Notes under the pieces: generated by a model
What the model was told of the DNA's origin: nothing
Database searches by the model: none
Seen by the model: the letters and a program-made list of their open reading frames with translations, nothing else
Origin: Schmidtea nova
Lineage: Eukaryota
Direction: 5' to 3'
DNA: 64,000 nt
NCBI GenBank assembly: GCA_044892505.1
Contig: CM097883.1
Location: 159,836,001 to 159,900,000 of the forward strand
Translations under genes and position numbers: made by a program
Part shown: positions 36,901 to 44,468 of the stretch, in pieces
How positions within the stretch are numbered: position 1 is the first letter of the stretch
Layout: each line of letters starts with the position of its first letter

Positions 36901-39900
36901 TATCCATTGTGTCGATCTTGGGTTTCGCATTCGGCACTTCTTGTTTCGACACGTATATTCCTGGATAGTTTGTTTCGTATACTGTTGTACTGCACTTAAG
37001 GGTTGCTTTCCCTTTTATGAATCTCATGCCTACATCCTGATTTGTGGTTATCAACACTGTTGGTGTGGTTCTCATCTCTATTCGTTTTTCTCTATGATCT
37101 GGTTTCAATTGTCTTTTATTCTCTAAAGCCTCTTTGAGATGTTTTGCTCTAGCTTTGTCATCATCGTCTTCTTCTTGGAAGGTTTTTCCTTGAATTTCGT
37201 CGAACTTTGCTCCTTGTAGCAGTTGTAATTGACATTCGTTCACTTTTGGTTTATACACCAAAGTTGACATTCCCGTTTGACACATGCTTCTGTCAATTTT
37301 ACACATGGATAACGTTTTCATTTCTCCTGTTGTTGGTTCGAAGAATGCTTCGTAGCTTTTCAGTTCGACTATATACGTATCCATTACCACTAAGTTGGTT
37401 GCAGGTGCTCCAAATATCGGATAGGTTTCTCCTTGACAATATCCTTCTCCTCCCGTAATCCGTCCTGCTACATAATACGTCTGCTGCAACATCATTCCTG
37501 GCTTTCCTTTTATCTTGATTTTGTCTCTCGTTGTCACTTCTCCATGTTTGAATAATGCTTCACAGTCTTCTCCTTGTAACACGATTGGTTCTCTTTCGGT
37601 TCCTGGCATGACAATTGCTGAATAATGTCCTCTACCACAATAGAATGCGAATCTCGTCTTTTGCACTTTGCATTCATTCACCATTGTCTTTATTAGTTCT
37701 GCCTCTTGATATACGTGGTACCATTGTTCTTTTTTGATCTCTTTCAATTCTACTGGAGTTGCATCTTTGCATTGCTCCGTACCTCTCAATGAGTACTTTT
37801 CTCCCAACTTCATTTGATCACAGTCAAATACTTCAAATGTTGTTACACCCTCTGTGCTTAACAACCATACTAACATCATCATGATTATCGAGTTTAAATT
37901 CAACGTCGATCTCCCGTTTCCTTGCATCGTTTGTCTATTCTCCATTTCTCTCAATACTCCTTCGAGTTTCTTTCTCATAACGTTAGACCCTTCTTTTGTC
38001 TGGTTCTCTTTTATGAACTTTTCCCATCCTCCTTTTCTGAGGATATATGGTTCAATTTCCTTCTCGATAATCATCGCCGTATTTTTAATATGTCTTCCCA
38101 TCGGACTTGACTTCGGGCTTCCTCGGCTTAGCGTTAACAAATTGTATATTGTATACGCGATTGCTACCAGATATTTGCTGTCCGTCTCTGCTCCGTTAAG
38201 TAGCCTTTTTATCAACATCGTGGTTCCTTGCCAATCTAGATGATTCGATTTTGTTTTTGCCTTTATCAATTCTGGCATAATCGGTGCTATTGCATTGTGT
38301 AGCATCCTTGCCTTTGTACTGGGTTCGTTTATTCGCCACAAATTCTTTAATTCCGGGTCAATTATTGCTAACACATCCATTATCGTTTTGGTGAGCCATT
38401 CTTCTCCTTGGCAGACTTGATTCTCTTCTTTTCCTCTGATTTCTGCGATTTTATCCAGTTTCTTCAAGCAAATCTCCCATTGCTCTTGTCTCCTTTCTTC
38501 CCTTGTCTTTGGGATTGTTGTTGCTGGATCTATCTTTGGTCTTCCTCTTGGTCGTTTCTCCATTCCCGTTCCGGTTTCTACAAATCTCGCTGCTCTTCCT
38601 GTTTCCTCTGTAACATCTCTTCCTTCGTTCGCTCGCTGTTCTAACCATCTTTCCATTTCTTGAGTAAACTGTGGTTGTTCTTGTTCGTCTTCCGAATCGT
38701 TTACCATTTCTATGACTACCTCCTGTTCCACTCCTTGATCGTCGATTTCTGCTGGTGACGTTATTGGCATCTCTACTATTCTGTCAAAAATGTTCGCCGT
38801 TGGTTTTTGAGTCAGTTTCGTTAATTCTTCTATCGCTTCGTCACTGTCTGTTAGTATCTCATCCACGTCATACGCTTCTGGCGGTGTTCTCTCTCTCGTT
38901 TTTATTGGTGTTGTCCTTGCTTGTCCCGAACTTGTTCCTGGGGTCATTGTTGACTTCATCGGACTTGGTGTACTCATGCTTCCTTTCGCTTTCTTTTCCT
39001 CTTTAAACTTCAGTGGTTGACCCACTATCTGTGCTACTGTTAACGTATTCATTAGATCCAATTGCACTGGTGTCAGCCAGATTTCCAAATTATTATCCAA
39101 CGATCGTCCTTGATGTTGCAGGTGGAATGGTAGTTCGTACATCAGTTTCTCTTTAACGCTTTTCACTTTTTCTGTTAGCATCACCCGAAACTCTTCTTTT
39201 CTTTGATTCGGATACATTATCCTCAAATGTATTTTCTGTGGCGTTTCTTCTGCAAACTCTTTGTTTCTCCACTTTTTTATTACATCGTCTAGTTGCTCTG
39301 GACACCACTCGTTAACTCTCTTGTATTCTGCTATCGCTTTAGCTACTTTTCTCAAGTTCGTTATGTCTTCTCCATTTGTGATTATGAATTGTGCTAAGCC
39401 TTTTATTGTTTGTCTCTTTCCCCGAGTATTTCCTCTCAATAGCTCGATCAATTCACTCGTTTTCTGTTTCTCCAATTCTGCCCATATTGCTGCAGTTTCT
39501 GGTCCGTCTAAGTCCGTTGGTAATAACCTCCTTGTTACCATACATATCCGTTTCGTATTCCGTTCGTGTCTGTCTTCTCCTTCCGGATCTTCTTCGTACA
39601 CGCCTCCTTTCACTTTCCAACATTTCTCTTTGTTATCCCATTGTTTCTCTACTGGCGTCAATCGTCGTCTGTTAAGATCCAATTCTCCCAAGATTGTCTC
39701 CCATTCTGGCTTCATCTGCCAGTTCCGATAGATTTCTACTATCTGCCTCAGCTTACGCATAACGTCCTCTTGTCGTTTCTTTTTCCTTTCCTCATCTCTT
39801 GGTGTTGCTCTTTGCACATCATCCATTCTGATGACATGTATTGTCTGATAATTATCCCATATGCCGATTTTATACGCTCGTCTTTCATCACGTTCATTCA

Positions 39901-42208
39901 GTAGATGTTCTTTGTATTTTATCGCTATGTCATCCTCAAATTCGTCTTCCCGTTCTCGTTGTAGTATCGTCTCATTGATGACCTCTACTATTTCTCCCAC
40001 TTTACTATCTGGTATTACCTCAATTTGTCTTGTCTCTTCGTTTGGTAATCTCACGGTAATATTCAGATCTGATACCTCTCCTCGTTTAAACATTTCTTTT
40101 CCCATCTTGGCAATTAGCTTGTCCGTCTTGAAATTTGAATGTCTCGTTTGACTTGTATCTCGTATGTTCTCGATACACTGTTTCAAATTCTCATACTCGC
40201 TTTTCGTCAATTCCTTTCGATGTTTCTTGATTTGTTGGATGATCTGTTCTATCATCGTATTCAAATTCTCCGCCAAGATTCTTTCCTTTGCCTCTAGCAA
40301 CTGAGGTTTTATTCTCATCTCATAACACATATTCGCTTCTTTGACGATCCCTTGCAAGTTCTCTTCCTTTTTGGTGTTGCATATAGATAACGTCGTTATT
40401 TCTCCTGGCCATATGCCTGTGTCTATCATATGCGTTCCTTTTCTCACCAATCCGTTTTCCGAATATATGAATTTGTCTTTGTACGAGCTTCCCAATCTGT
40501 CTTCAACCCATCGGTAAATTCCATCCGTCATTGGGTTCCTTATCCAGATTCTCGGTGAACACTCGTTTATCCATATCTGTATTATGTATTCGTTGAGTGG
40601 TTCTTTCAATAACCTCTCTATGAACTCTTGTATTACTCTCACTTCTCTTTCTTGTAACCACTTTTTATACTTCATCTGCCATACTGCTCGTATAAACTTT
40701 CGATATCGTTTCGTGTCGATAAACTCCTCGTTATGGATCACTTCCAACGCGTTATCCATCAGCTTCTGAATTTCGTCTTCCGTTACTGACAATGTTTCTA
40801 TTGTCTCGACTACTTCCATCTTTTTGTCCTCGTTTTCTGGTTCCTTTAGCATGTCTCCTGCCAGACTGCTAACTTCACTGTCGTCTTCTTCATCTGACAA
40901 CTCTTGTCTTGGGTGTCTCAGCATCCCAATATGCGCGATTGGTCTCGTTTCGTTTTTGCTGACTTCCTGGGTTAGTTCCTTCTCGTTTCCCATTATTTCG
41001 GCTTTTCCCATTCTTTTCTCCAACTCGTCTATTTCTTCCAACCGTCTTCGTCTTATTTTTCCTTTGAATATTCGACTGATCCGGGTTTGATGTTTCACTG
41101 GTGGTGGGATTTTCTCCGGTTCCACCTCTCTGATGATCATCACGTTTATTTTCGTCTCTGTTACTCCCATATCTTCCCATATATCAGTCATCTTTAACTT
41201 TACTTCTGGCAAATCCTCTGTTTGTAGGAATGCTTCTCTGGGCAGTTTCGTCACTCCCGGAATCATCTCATTTACTTTATTGAACAATCTTCCTACTTCT
41301 TCTTTTACATCGTATTTGAATCGAAATACGTGATCATTCGGCATGATCACCAACATTCCTCTTTGTTTGATTCTCACTCCCTCTTCTTGATTCGTTTCTC
41401 TTTCTGTTTCTGTTTCTTTTTCCACTTCTTCATCTTTTGGATTCCGCTCTGCGGTTTCTACTGCCTGCTTCACTTTTTCTTGTTTCTGCTCTTCGTTTCT
41501 TTTCTCTTTAACTTCTAACTCGTCTGACTCATCCTGCTGCTTCTCTTCCATCATCGCTCGCATCATGTTGATCCTTGGATTTCCCTTTTTTAACTGTTGT
41601 AATCGTTGTTGCCTGACTTGTTCTTCTTCTCGTCGTACTCTAGCCCATTCTTGATTATGTTTCTGTTGGCTCTCCCTATTTTCTCTTTCAGCCTCAGCTT
41701 CTATTAGCTGGATCATGTTTATCTTTGGTTGAGCCGCTTGCTGGCTTCCCTTTGCCATGCTTTCGATTATCTCGTGTAATCTGGATACCTCCTGTCTCAA
41801 CTTGGCTTCTTTCATACTGGCTTCATTTGCACTGCTGTTTGGGTTATTCCGTTGTTGACCCTGATTCCCATAGCTTGGTCGATTCTCGTAATTCGGTCTA
41901 TTTCCACTGTTTGACCAACTTCTCTGTTGATTACAGTCTCTTGACATGTGTCCGGTTTTTCCACATGTGTAACACGTTTTCCCATAACATCGATTTTCTG
42001 AGTGACCCTTTTGTCCACACAGTTTACAGGCTACGTTCTGAAAACACTCTTGTTGCCAATGTCCGTTTTTCCCACACGTCTGACATTGCCTATTCTGCCT
42101 GTCATTGTAACTATTTCCTCCATTCGGGTTCACCGTGATATATCCGTTGTTTTTCGTCGCTGGCGGTTCTTTGAACAATCTCTGCGAATGGGGAATACTT
42201 TGATTCAT
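27917..42208 (-). CDS. pol: 4763-aa polyprotein (NC, Ubl, Bcl-2-like, Env, PR, RT, RNase H, IN, ankyrin, FN3-like, TM)
   Basis: Single uninterrupted ORF; motifs are listed in the sub-features. Confidence 0.97.
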   Translation of the reverse strand: MNQSIPHSQRLFKEPPATKNNGYITVNPNGGNSYNDRQNRQCQTCGKNGHWQQECFQNVACKLCGQKGHSENRCYGKTCYTCGKTGHMSRDCNQQRSWSNSGNRPNYENRPSYGNQGQQRNNPNSSANEASMKEAKLRQEVSRLHEIIESMAKGSQQAAQPKINMIQLIEAEAERENRESQQKHNQEWARVRREEEQVRQQRLQQLKKGNPRINMMRAMMEEKQQDESDELEVKEKRNEEQKQEKVKQAVETAERNPKDEEVEKETETERETNQEEGVRIKQRGMLVIMPNDHVFRFKYDVKEEVGRLFNKVNEMIPGVTKLPREAFLQTEDLPEVKLKMTDIWEDMGVTETKINVMIIREVEPEKIPPPVKHQTRISRIFKGKIRRRRLEEIDELEKRMGKAEIMGNEKELTQEVSKNETRPIAHIGMLRHPRQELSDEEDDSEVSSLAGDMLKEPENEDKKMEVVETIETLSVTEDEIQKLMDNALEVIHNEEFIDTKRYRKFIRAVWQMKYKKWLQEREVRVIQEFIERLLKEPLNEYIIQIWINECSPRIWIRNPMTDGIYRWVEDRLGSSYKDKFIYSENGLVRKGTHMIDTGIWPGEITTLSICNTKKEENLQGIVKEANMCYEMRIKPQLLEAKERILAENLNTMIEQIIQQIKKHRKELTKSEYENLKQCIENIRDTSQTRHSNFKTDKLIAKMGKEMFKRGEVSDLNITVRLPNEETRQIEVIPDSKVGEIVEVINETILQREREDEFEDDIAIKYKEHLLNERDERRAYKIGIWDNYQTIHVIRMDDVQRATPRDEERKKKRQEDVMRKLRQIVEIYRNWQMKPEWETILGELDLNRRRLTPVEKQWDNKEKCWKVKGGVYEEDPEGEDRHERNTKRICMVTRRLLPTDLDGPETAAIWAELEKQKTSELIELLRGNTRGKRQTIKGLAQFIITNGEDITNLRKVAKAIAEYKRVNEWCPEQLDDVIKKWRNKEFAEETPQKIHLRIMYPNQRKEEFRVMLTEKVKSVKEKLMYELPFHLQHQGRSLDNNLEIWLTPVQLDLMNTLTVAQIVGQPLKFKEEKKAKGSMSTPSPMKSTMTPGTSSGQARTTPIKTRERTPPEAYDVDEILTDSDEAIEELTKLTQKPTANIFDRIVEMPITSPAEIDDQGVEQEVVIEMVNDSEDEQEQPQFTQEMERWLEQRANEGRDVTEETGRAARFVETGTGMEKRPRGRPKIDPATTIPKTREERRQEQWEICLKKLDKIAEIRGKEENQVCQGEEWLTKTIMDVLAIIDPELKNLWRINEPSTKARMLHNAIAPIMPELIKAKTKSNHLDWQGTTMLIKRLLNGAETDSKYLVAIAYTIYNLLTLSRGSPKSSPMGRHIKNTAMIIEKEIEPYILRKGGWEKFIKENQTKEGSNVMRKKLEGVLREMENRQTMQGNGRSTLNLNSIIMMMLVWLLSTEGVTTFEVFDCDQMKLGEKYSLRGTEQCKDATPVELKEIKKEQWYHVYQEAELIKTMVNECKVQKTRFAFYCGRGHYSAIVMPGTEREPIVLQGEDCEALFKHGEVTTRDKIKIKGKPGMMLQQTYYVAGRITGGEGYCQGETYPIFGAPATNLVVMDTYIVELKSYEAFFEPTTGEMKTLSMCKIDRSMCQTGMSTLVYKPKVNECQLQLLQGAKFDEIQGKTFQEEDDDDKARAKHLKEALENKRQLKPDHREKRIEMRTTPTVLITTNQDVGMRFIKGKATLKCSTTVYETNYPGIYVSKQEVPNAKPKIDTMDIKLHLYVNNKMDFLFHRGQASLQKVYYDLINNDCILNREILKTKLAVAITNPDSAMPLLPLREGHFGRVVGEAMYVYICEKTHASLAATTQLKPGQCTNELEIDYKGKVRYVQPVTRIINPPGFEPNPFNCSNAYGPLYQKPDGKWVMFPGRTEVLAPREFELMQLSKDRQFSDVDVSNNGIYSPKDLEAARQNILFPARREALLSNIVTITGGTNYREGPNYELLLSPAHFKKATENMMKAMWGRFLIFGQMMAGILGVILIIQIVRVIITQMLACFDIYKREKKVNWKMVVGFLPFLAKTMVLHGHSKDIHRIKRLLKILAKMKGTNEDVGRKFKKIMQDEQARRQLKKERKGLWERVRGYRTQDDSSNDDDDDDDRGGQANINQIPQYNEKSTVENWRYSAPPQSMYNEPIYKAKPNMMQMMPMTSIYPIIPEGCKVKRGKSVDSLEDTHTIAVMSTNMGPILTTTVEINGREIEAMIDTGANISAIDINYIPEKNQGEIEKTNVHVIACSQETVEVAGRWFVKIKHRGAEIDTYIAVIPSLSVPCIIGTDLMPDLFKEIVIDLGAMKLKDRTGKICRMKVKVASAEQIVVPARHEMMCYVKIDSTIKGDMIFEPSKKFEAKKELPMARELVTINQEGEIPINLVNFDEEDKIIYENERLGKLTPMSEIEIPDKNEKSKGELPWKIDSVLLDERQKEQLQKLLMEYKDIFAASDLDLGTCDVTLHTIPLTDETPIALRPYKLAEAQKAVAEEEVQKMLDAEVIEPSCSPWQFPVVMVKKKDGTQRFCIDYRRLNAVTKRDTYPLPDINEMLLTLQGAAYFTSLDLKSGYWQIKMKDEDKEKTAFTIGRDLYQFKKMPFGLTNAPASFQRCMNFVTHGIKQCMVYIDDLLIYSATFEDHLQDIRNVFVKLRQWKLKLKPSKCDWAKEKVTFLGHIVSAKGKEPDPRNIEKVKECPPPKTVTQIQEFLGLCGYYRKFIKDYAGISKPMQELVRQDVSFIWGIEQQAAFETLRDKLITAPILVHPDFKKPFLLATDASGYAAGAVLGQFDEEGKERVIGYYSRTFRKHERNYSVTEREAYAIILAIKHFKYLLWGHEIYITTDHQPLVWLGQHKESSSRLMRWAMQLQEYSPFIKFKAGKANANADCMSRFTFPELVNLNALKICALIAEDLDFSELRKDQLEDEELGLISKYLKEREIEIFGKNQTLREHMQKYQHRYVMEKGWLLIQDGERRLMCLPANRRKEIMTQYHDGKLGGHMSAKKTIGRLRQKYFWPTMEDDVKEWIRNCLTCATRKNVGTKWKTPLKPMPISAEPMATIAMDVVGPLPESLKGNQYILVVTDYLTKFPEAFAIPDQKAKTVARILVEETCCRYGTPKKILTDQGTNFMSEILDEVTNYFRIAKLRTSPYHPQTNGQTERFNGTLIRMLSNYVSKHQTDWDEYINLCLMAYRMSIHAATKLSPFQLMYGRDCNLPIDLEYQPPLSQYMEVDDYVTKFKERMQEIWKTAELNIKFYQESYKDLHDQKKNVKAHDLKVGDWVIIETPEIIPGTVKKLQRPGKGPYEITTVNENNVRVRLVNNPLVRPIYVNACRCRKIPKTATLSPEKRVMTRSQTARINMLRVQQKLQTSLEDNRREAINIKELAKRTREIIPEWKWWHDFNILSEVRKNVMDYAKDRTAHPITRTLLEEIPQTLNLQDKDGNTALHNAIKHSGNEKVKEIVEMILEGGGEIDKVNWEGITPLMMMTIHGRDEEIVELFGNTRSSWMAKDKEGRTFLNHAIDRANHRILKYITENATWEIDELTRGSIMKQAIGVKNSKTWRILLKWKRPEGDSWVIDCNEVFTKGENALLKHLLEVTYDPKTLAVLIARDTLRVSENPREYKLEDRKKELFGLIKKWCDKQWNPDMSFEHFYDIQKQHKEISKRYKELMEALKYGQFFRQAVYQDQRMKQMQTRIRSKAVLFNAKADNQERLDAIVAKTQERLSEFKENKNSLEILGAITEKVHRYAQGDYNESDIETIKNQMPVTFLLSKDGRLPIHWALRRKKENEALEITKAMVKCEADMNTVDDNGDTIMIIAARKKTKLKVLNELYEAGAKIEEKNGKNNSIIDIAIQWNNFEMIKFIKSIKKQDDIEYLANNVKNFSLTVMIHDIEKTRALLTWVNPITKEPVFKINDHMEQNQNWCIRSALLRHKKPEIVEEFLKRRDLKFTNNPKEQERTGRWKDLFRKYVNEWANAKETIKQSGLENIEPSKDMEIREFESSTLAVQAYERLIKEINVEDDISKGPGGGYKDFDDKSNNEKNNEDNDNKRTEDNEKERQEEPKPTRNDKKEEAEERENRGTKDESTNYGKRAGSLLLRPEMLCIAILITIIGQGEAKKQYVTLEIIRGNEVYERICWKENLKKNDTLKCILSDLKRDVIQIKGLEKEKSYIICAVKQRGEPKAPQVTACQLYKATEALKIQKWIGKRSEETTRRTEVESEKGKNQSEAEEGIRNRTEKERITKNPAGKLTFQPELICVALILILIKRIMEDIDISVMTLVNIQDQRTTNGRCWGRNNEVIGISETRESREAETNEEIEITEIETDKKCELCLMEKAANGNRPGTSECKVFQAKEIIEFPKRKKQDQETIANEVVTVEIKSIGRRTIGMCWRKYIGVPTSNVIPQCRTRERGIPFQLNGFEVGQAYEICVIRRIREIIQRSLECKLYKTPEQINGTRTIEMGRSRQRKRKSRRTTTANSQGVQQVTTERTTIEKEPESTTLIIWKIHKKVLEICWTLMPNSMGKSPRNCQKTSNDKGEIIEVEMRKLKTNAEYEVCAIEEVDAQGNPQERCETYYTPIKRRIKKLEFREFSQKREQNEKEEKLPNQQERWEPEKVIEEVRQRQQQYEQWEAEWKGQYGVMTNQSETPKMSIGKTIMGLISMGVFIGCIPLITIMIVCWRYGMRNKTIAVKWPDVKVTNYNIKLPKEVREELKRRSKHEEMWVQIEDEELYEGKPVIVV
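28100..29850 (-). other. Polyprotein C-terminus: two signal-like hydrophobic segments, four FN3-like Cys repeats and a TM helix (approximate)
   Basis: Repeated pattern CW....C....(G/K)L....YE(I/V)C...C..Y.TP; duplicated AG(S/K)L..(R/Q)PE(M/L)(L/I)C(I/V)A(I/L) hydrophobic leaders; TM IMGLISMGVFIGCIPLITIMIVCW. Confidence 0.6.
30540..31830 (-). other. Two ankyrin-repeat clusters downstream of integrase (approximate)
   Basis: QDKDGNTALHNAI, NWEGITPLMM, KDKEGRTFLNHAI; SKDGRLPIHWAL, DDNGDTIMIIAA, NGKNNSIIDIAI. Confidence 0.88.
32150..33200 (-). other. Integrase domain (approximate)
   Basis: HDGKLGGH...CLTC, MDVVGPLP, LTDQGTNF, GQTERFNGTL, GPY motif. Confidence 0.96.
33470..34700 (-). other. Reverse transcriptase and RNase H domains (approximate)
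   Basis: LDLKSGYWQI, YIDD (34232-34243), ATDASG, EREAYAII, TDHQPL. Confidence 0.97.
35180..35515 (-). other. Aspartic protease domain (approximate)
   Basis: AMIDTGANISAI (DTG at 35450-35458), CIIGTDL. Confidence 0.95.
35980..37890 (-). other. env: Envelope glycoprotein domain, chuvirus/herpes gB-type (class III) (approximate)
   Basis: Internal signal IIMMMLVWLLSTEG, mature start FEVFDC..YSL..C, Cys-rich ectodomain with CILNREILKTKLAVA...GEAMYVYIC...CTNEL...YVQPVTRII, furin-type REKR (37082-37093), C-terminal TM. Confidence 0.8.
38000..38402 (-). other. Bcl-2-like domain (approximate)
   Basis: BH2-like YILRKGGWEKF (38015-38032 encodes GGWEKF); degenerate BH1-like LLNGAETDSKYLVAIAY; helical region of the expected size. 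Confidence 0.65.
41935..42087 (-). other. Nucleocapsid, three CCHC zinc knuckles
   Basis: CQTCGKNGHWQQEC, CKLCGQKGHSENRC, CYTCGKTGHMSRDC. Confidence 0.95.
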
Positions 42209-42244
42209 GTTTCTTTTTCCTTGTTCTTCATCTTCTGTCGTTTT

Positions 42245-42802
42245 TCACATTACCGCCGTAATTCTCATGTCGTTCATTGCCATATGCAATTCGAATAGGT
42301 TGGCTGCCTCCAACGCTTCATCTACCGTTTTACATCCTTTGCATCCCACTTGTGCTCTGATGTCAGGTCTCCTGAGACCTCGTACGAATAACGCTGTCAT
42401 CAATTCTTCGTCTACTGGGCTTCCTCTATTGAATGCCAGTTTCGCCAACTTTCTTAATTCACTTGCGTACACCGCATTTGACTCATTTCTCCTCTGTTTT
42501 CTTGCTGAGAACTCATCGAATGCTTCGTTCAACACTTTATTTATCCCAAACGTCTGTTGGAAGAACTCCTTGATTGCTTCCCACGTTCTGGGTGGATTAC
42601 TTCCCGATCTCTTCTCAATATACAGATCCAATGCGCTATCTTTCAAGTATAGCGGGATTCGATTCGCTAACGTTTCTGCACTCCATCCGCATATATCCAC
42701 GAATATGCCAAATTCCTTCAGGAACGTGTCCAATCTACTGGCGTCTCCATTAAATGGTTCGCCCTTGAATTTTTCTCTTAGATCCTCTCTGTGATCACTC
42801 AT
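42245..42802 (-). CDS. gag: Gag capsid domain of giant element, in frame with the polyprotein across one TGA
   Basis: Retrotrans_gag-like (PFNGD...TWEAIKEFF...RKQRRNESNAVYASELRKLA...LFVRGL). TGA at 42245-42247 is followed by 12 sense codons and then the polyprotein ATG. Confidence 0.88.
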   Translation of the reverse strand: MSDHREDLREKFKGEPFNGDASRLDTFLKEFGIFVDICGWSAETLANRIPLYLKDSALDLYIEKRSGSNPPRTWEAIKEFFQQTFGINKVLNEAFDEFSARKQRRNESNAVYASELRKLAKLAFNRGSPVDEELMTALFVRGLRRPDIRAQVGCKGCKTVDEALEAANLFELHMAMNDMRITAVM

Positions 42803-43678
42803 CCCGATTCCACTATCTTGGAATACTGTACTAGTTTTCTTTACTTCTAGTTCACCACTTGTTTCTGAATTCGACTCTTCTTCTTCGCTACTCTCTGTTT
42901 CGTTATCTCTTGATTCGCTTCTTGTTCTGTTTTCCCTGACTAGTTCACTGTCTATCGTCTCTACTTCGTTTTGTACTTCTAGATCTTCTGGGGTTTCTTC
43001 TTGATTCTCTTTATTACTCGAATTGTCGCTGATCTCTACTTGTTTGTTCTTTTGTTGCTTAGGCTTGTTACCTGTTCTTGTTCTTTTTGCTGCTTTTCTC
43101 TCTGCTTCCGTTAAGATTGGTATTATACCTGATCTTGTTTCTCGTCCCTCAATTTTGTCTATTCCTCAACTTCTTATATTCTCAATTGATTTTCTACTCC
43201 GCTTTTGTTTTGCTTCTTCTTTGCTTTGTTTCCTTTGATTGCTCTGACTGCTAGATTGCTTTGAATTGCTTGATTGATTTGTTTCCTTAAAACAAATAAT
43301 CACTTACACGATACGTCCCCGTTATCGTGTTTCTCGTCCCTCTCACGGGTGTAGTCATAATTCATGAAGATCCCCATTTTTCCCATTTCCCTTGATTTTA
43401 AGTCTATTTAAATTATCTATGCAGTCGCATCAATTATCTATTCTTTATCAAATACACCAATTACTTTTCCCCAGTTCCCCAATTACTTTGTCGCTCAGCG
43501 CTCTTATTATCCCCTTTACTTTTCTCAGGCTTCTCTGGCTCTGAGTTCAAATCCCCCTTATCTGTCTACTACTCTATTTCCCAACTATTCGCTTTATCTC
43601 CTATTCGCACTACGTTTACTACTTCATTTCAATTCTCATCTCTACTCACCTTTACTTCAACTGACATCTCTCGTTGGC

Positions 43679-44141
43679 CTGCTGGGTTTTCCAGTCAGCG
43701 CTTTTAATCTCACCTTTTATCTCGAACTCTGTTTCTCTCAACTTCACTCATTATCTCATTAGCCTGCTGGGTTTTCCAGTCAGCGCTTTTAATCTCACCT
43801 TTTACTTCTGCTTCATTATTCTCGACCTCAATTGTCGTTTCATTAGCCTGCTGGGTTTTTCCAGTCAGCGCTCTTATTATCCACCCTTTATCTCTTCACT
43901 GTCGACTTTTAACTGCTCGTTACTCCGATGATCATCACTTTTGACCTGCTGGGTCTTCCAGTCAGCGTCCTCAATTTTACCACTTTATTATCGTTCACTT
44001 TTATTCTCTCGATCTTTCCTGATCGTTATCATTGACCTGCTGGGTTTTCCAGCTAGCGTCTTTACCACTTTACTGTCCTAACAAACCGGTTTCATTTTAT
44101 TCCCATCGAATCTCATGGTCTGCTGGGTTTTCCAGTCAGCA
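43679..44141 (-). repeat. Six spaced copies of a ~22-nt hairpin motif in the 5' leader
   Basis: Plus-strand CTGCTGGGTTTTCCAGTCAGCG starting at 43679, 43764, 43848, 43946, 44037 and 44120. Confidence 0.9.
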
Positions 44142-44468
44142 CCCTCCACTTACTCACTTTACTTTGCTACTCCTCCTTGTATGCATACTTTAACATCATT
44201 AGGCCACATAATCAGCTTTACTCGCATTTATCAATACCCAGGTGCGCACCTTCAACTCTCTCGTTATTAATTCGGTTTCTTTCAACCCTTATTCCTCATT
44301 ACTCGCTATTCATTTTCACTATTCATCATTTATCCTCATTATTATTTATTCATCTCCATTATCGCTTGTTGATCTTCACTATCCGGATAGTTTTATGCGT
44401 AATTTAGTCCTCATCTGCCTCACTTCGTCGTCTTTCTCGTGGGCTTTTACTCAATATTTTATTTCGAA

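Noticed and set aside
40500-40800. Possible CARD/death-fold domain in the polyprotein
   Set aside because: Only a weak helical pattern; cannot be supported without a profile search.
27917-42300. Many short + strand and alternative-frame ORFs in the track
   Set aside because: Antisense shadows of the purine-rich polyprotein, hydrophobic and low in complexity, with no motifs.
43679-44141. CRISPR-like repeat-spacer array
   Set aside because: Eukaryotic retroelement context, no cas genes, and spacers partly homologous to each other. Treated as a diverged tandem repeat with a conserved hairpin.
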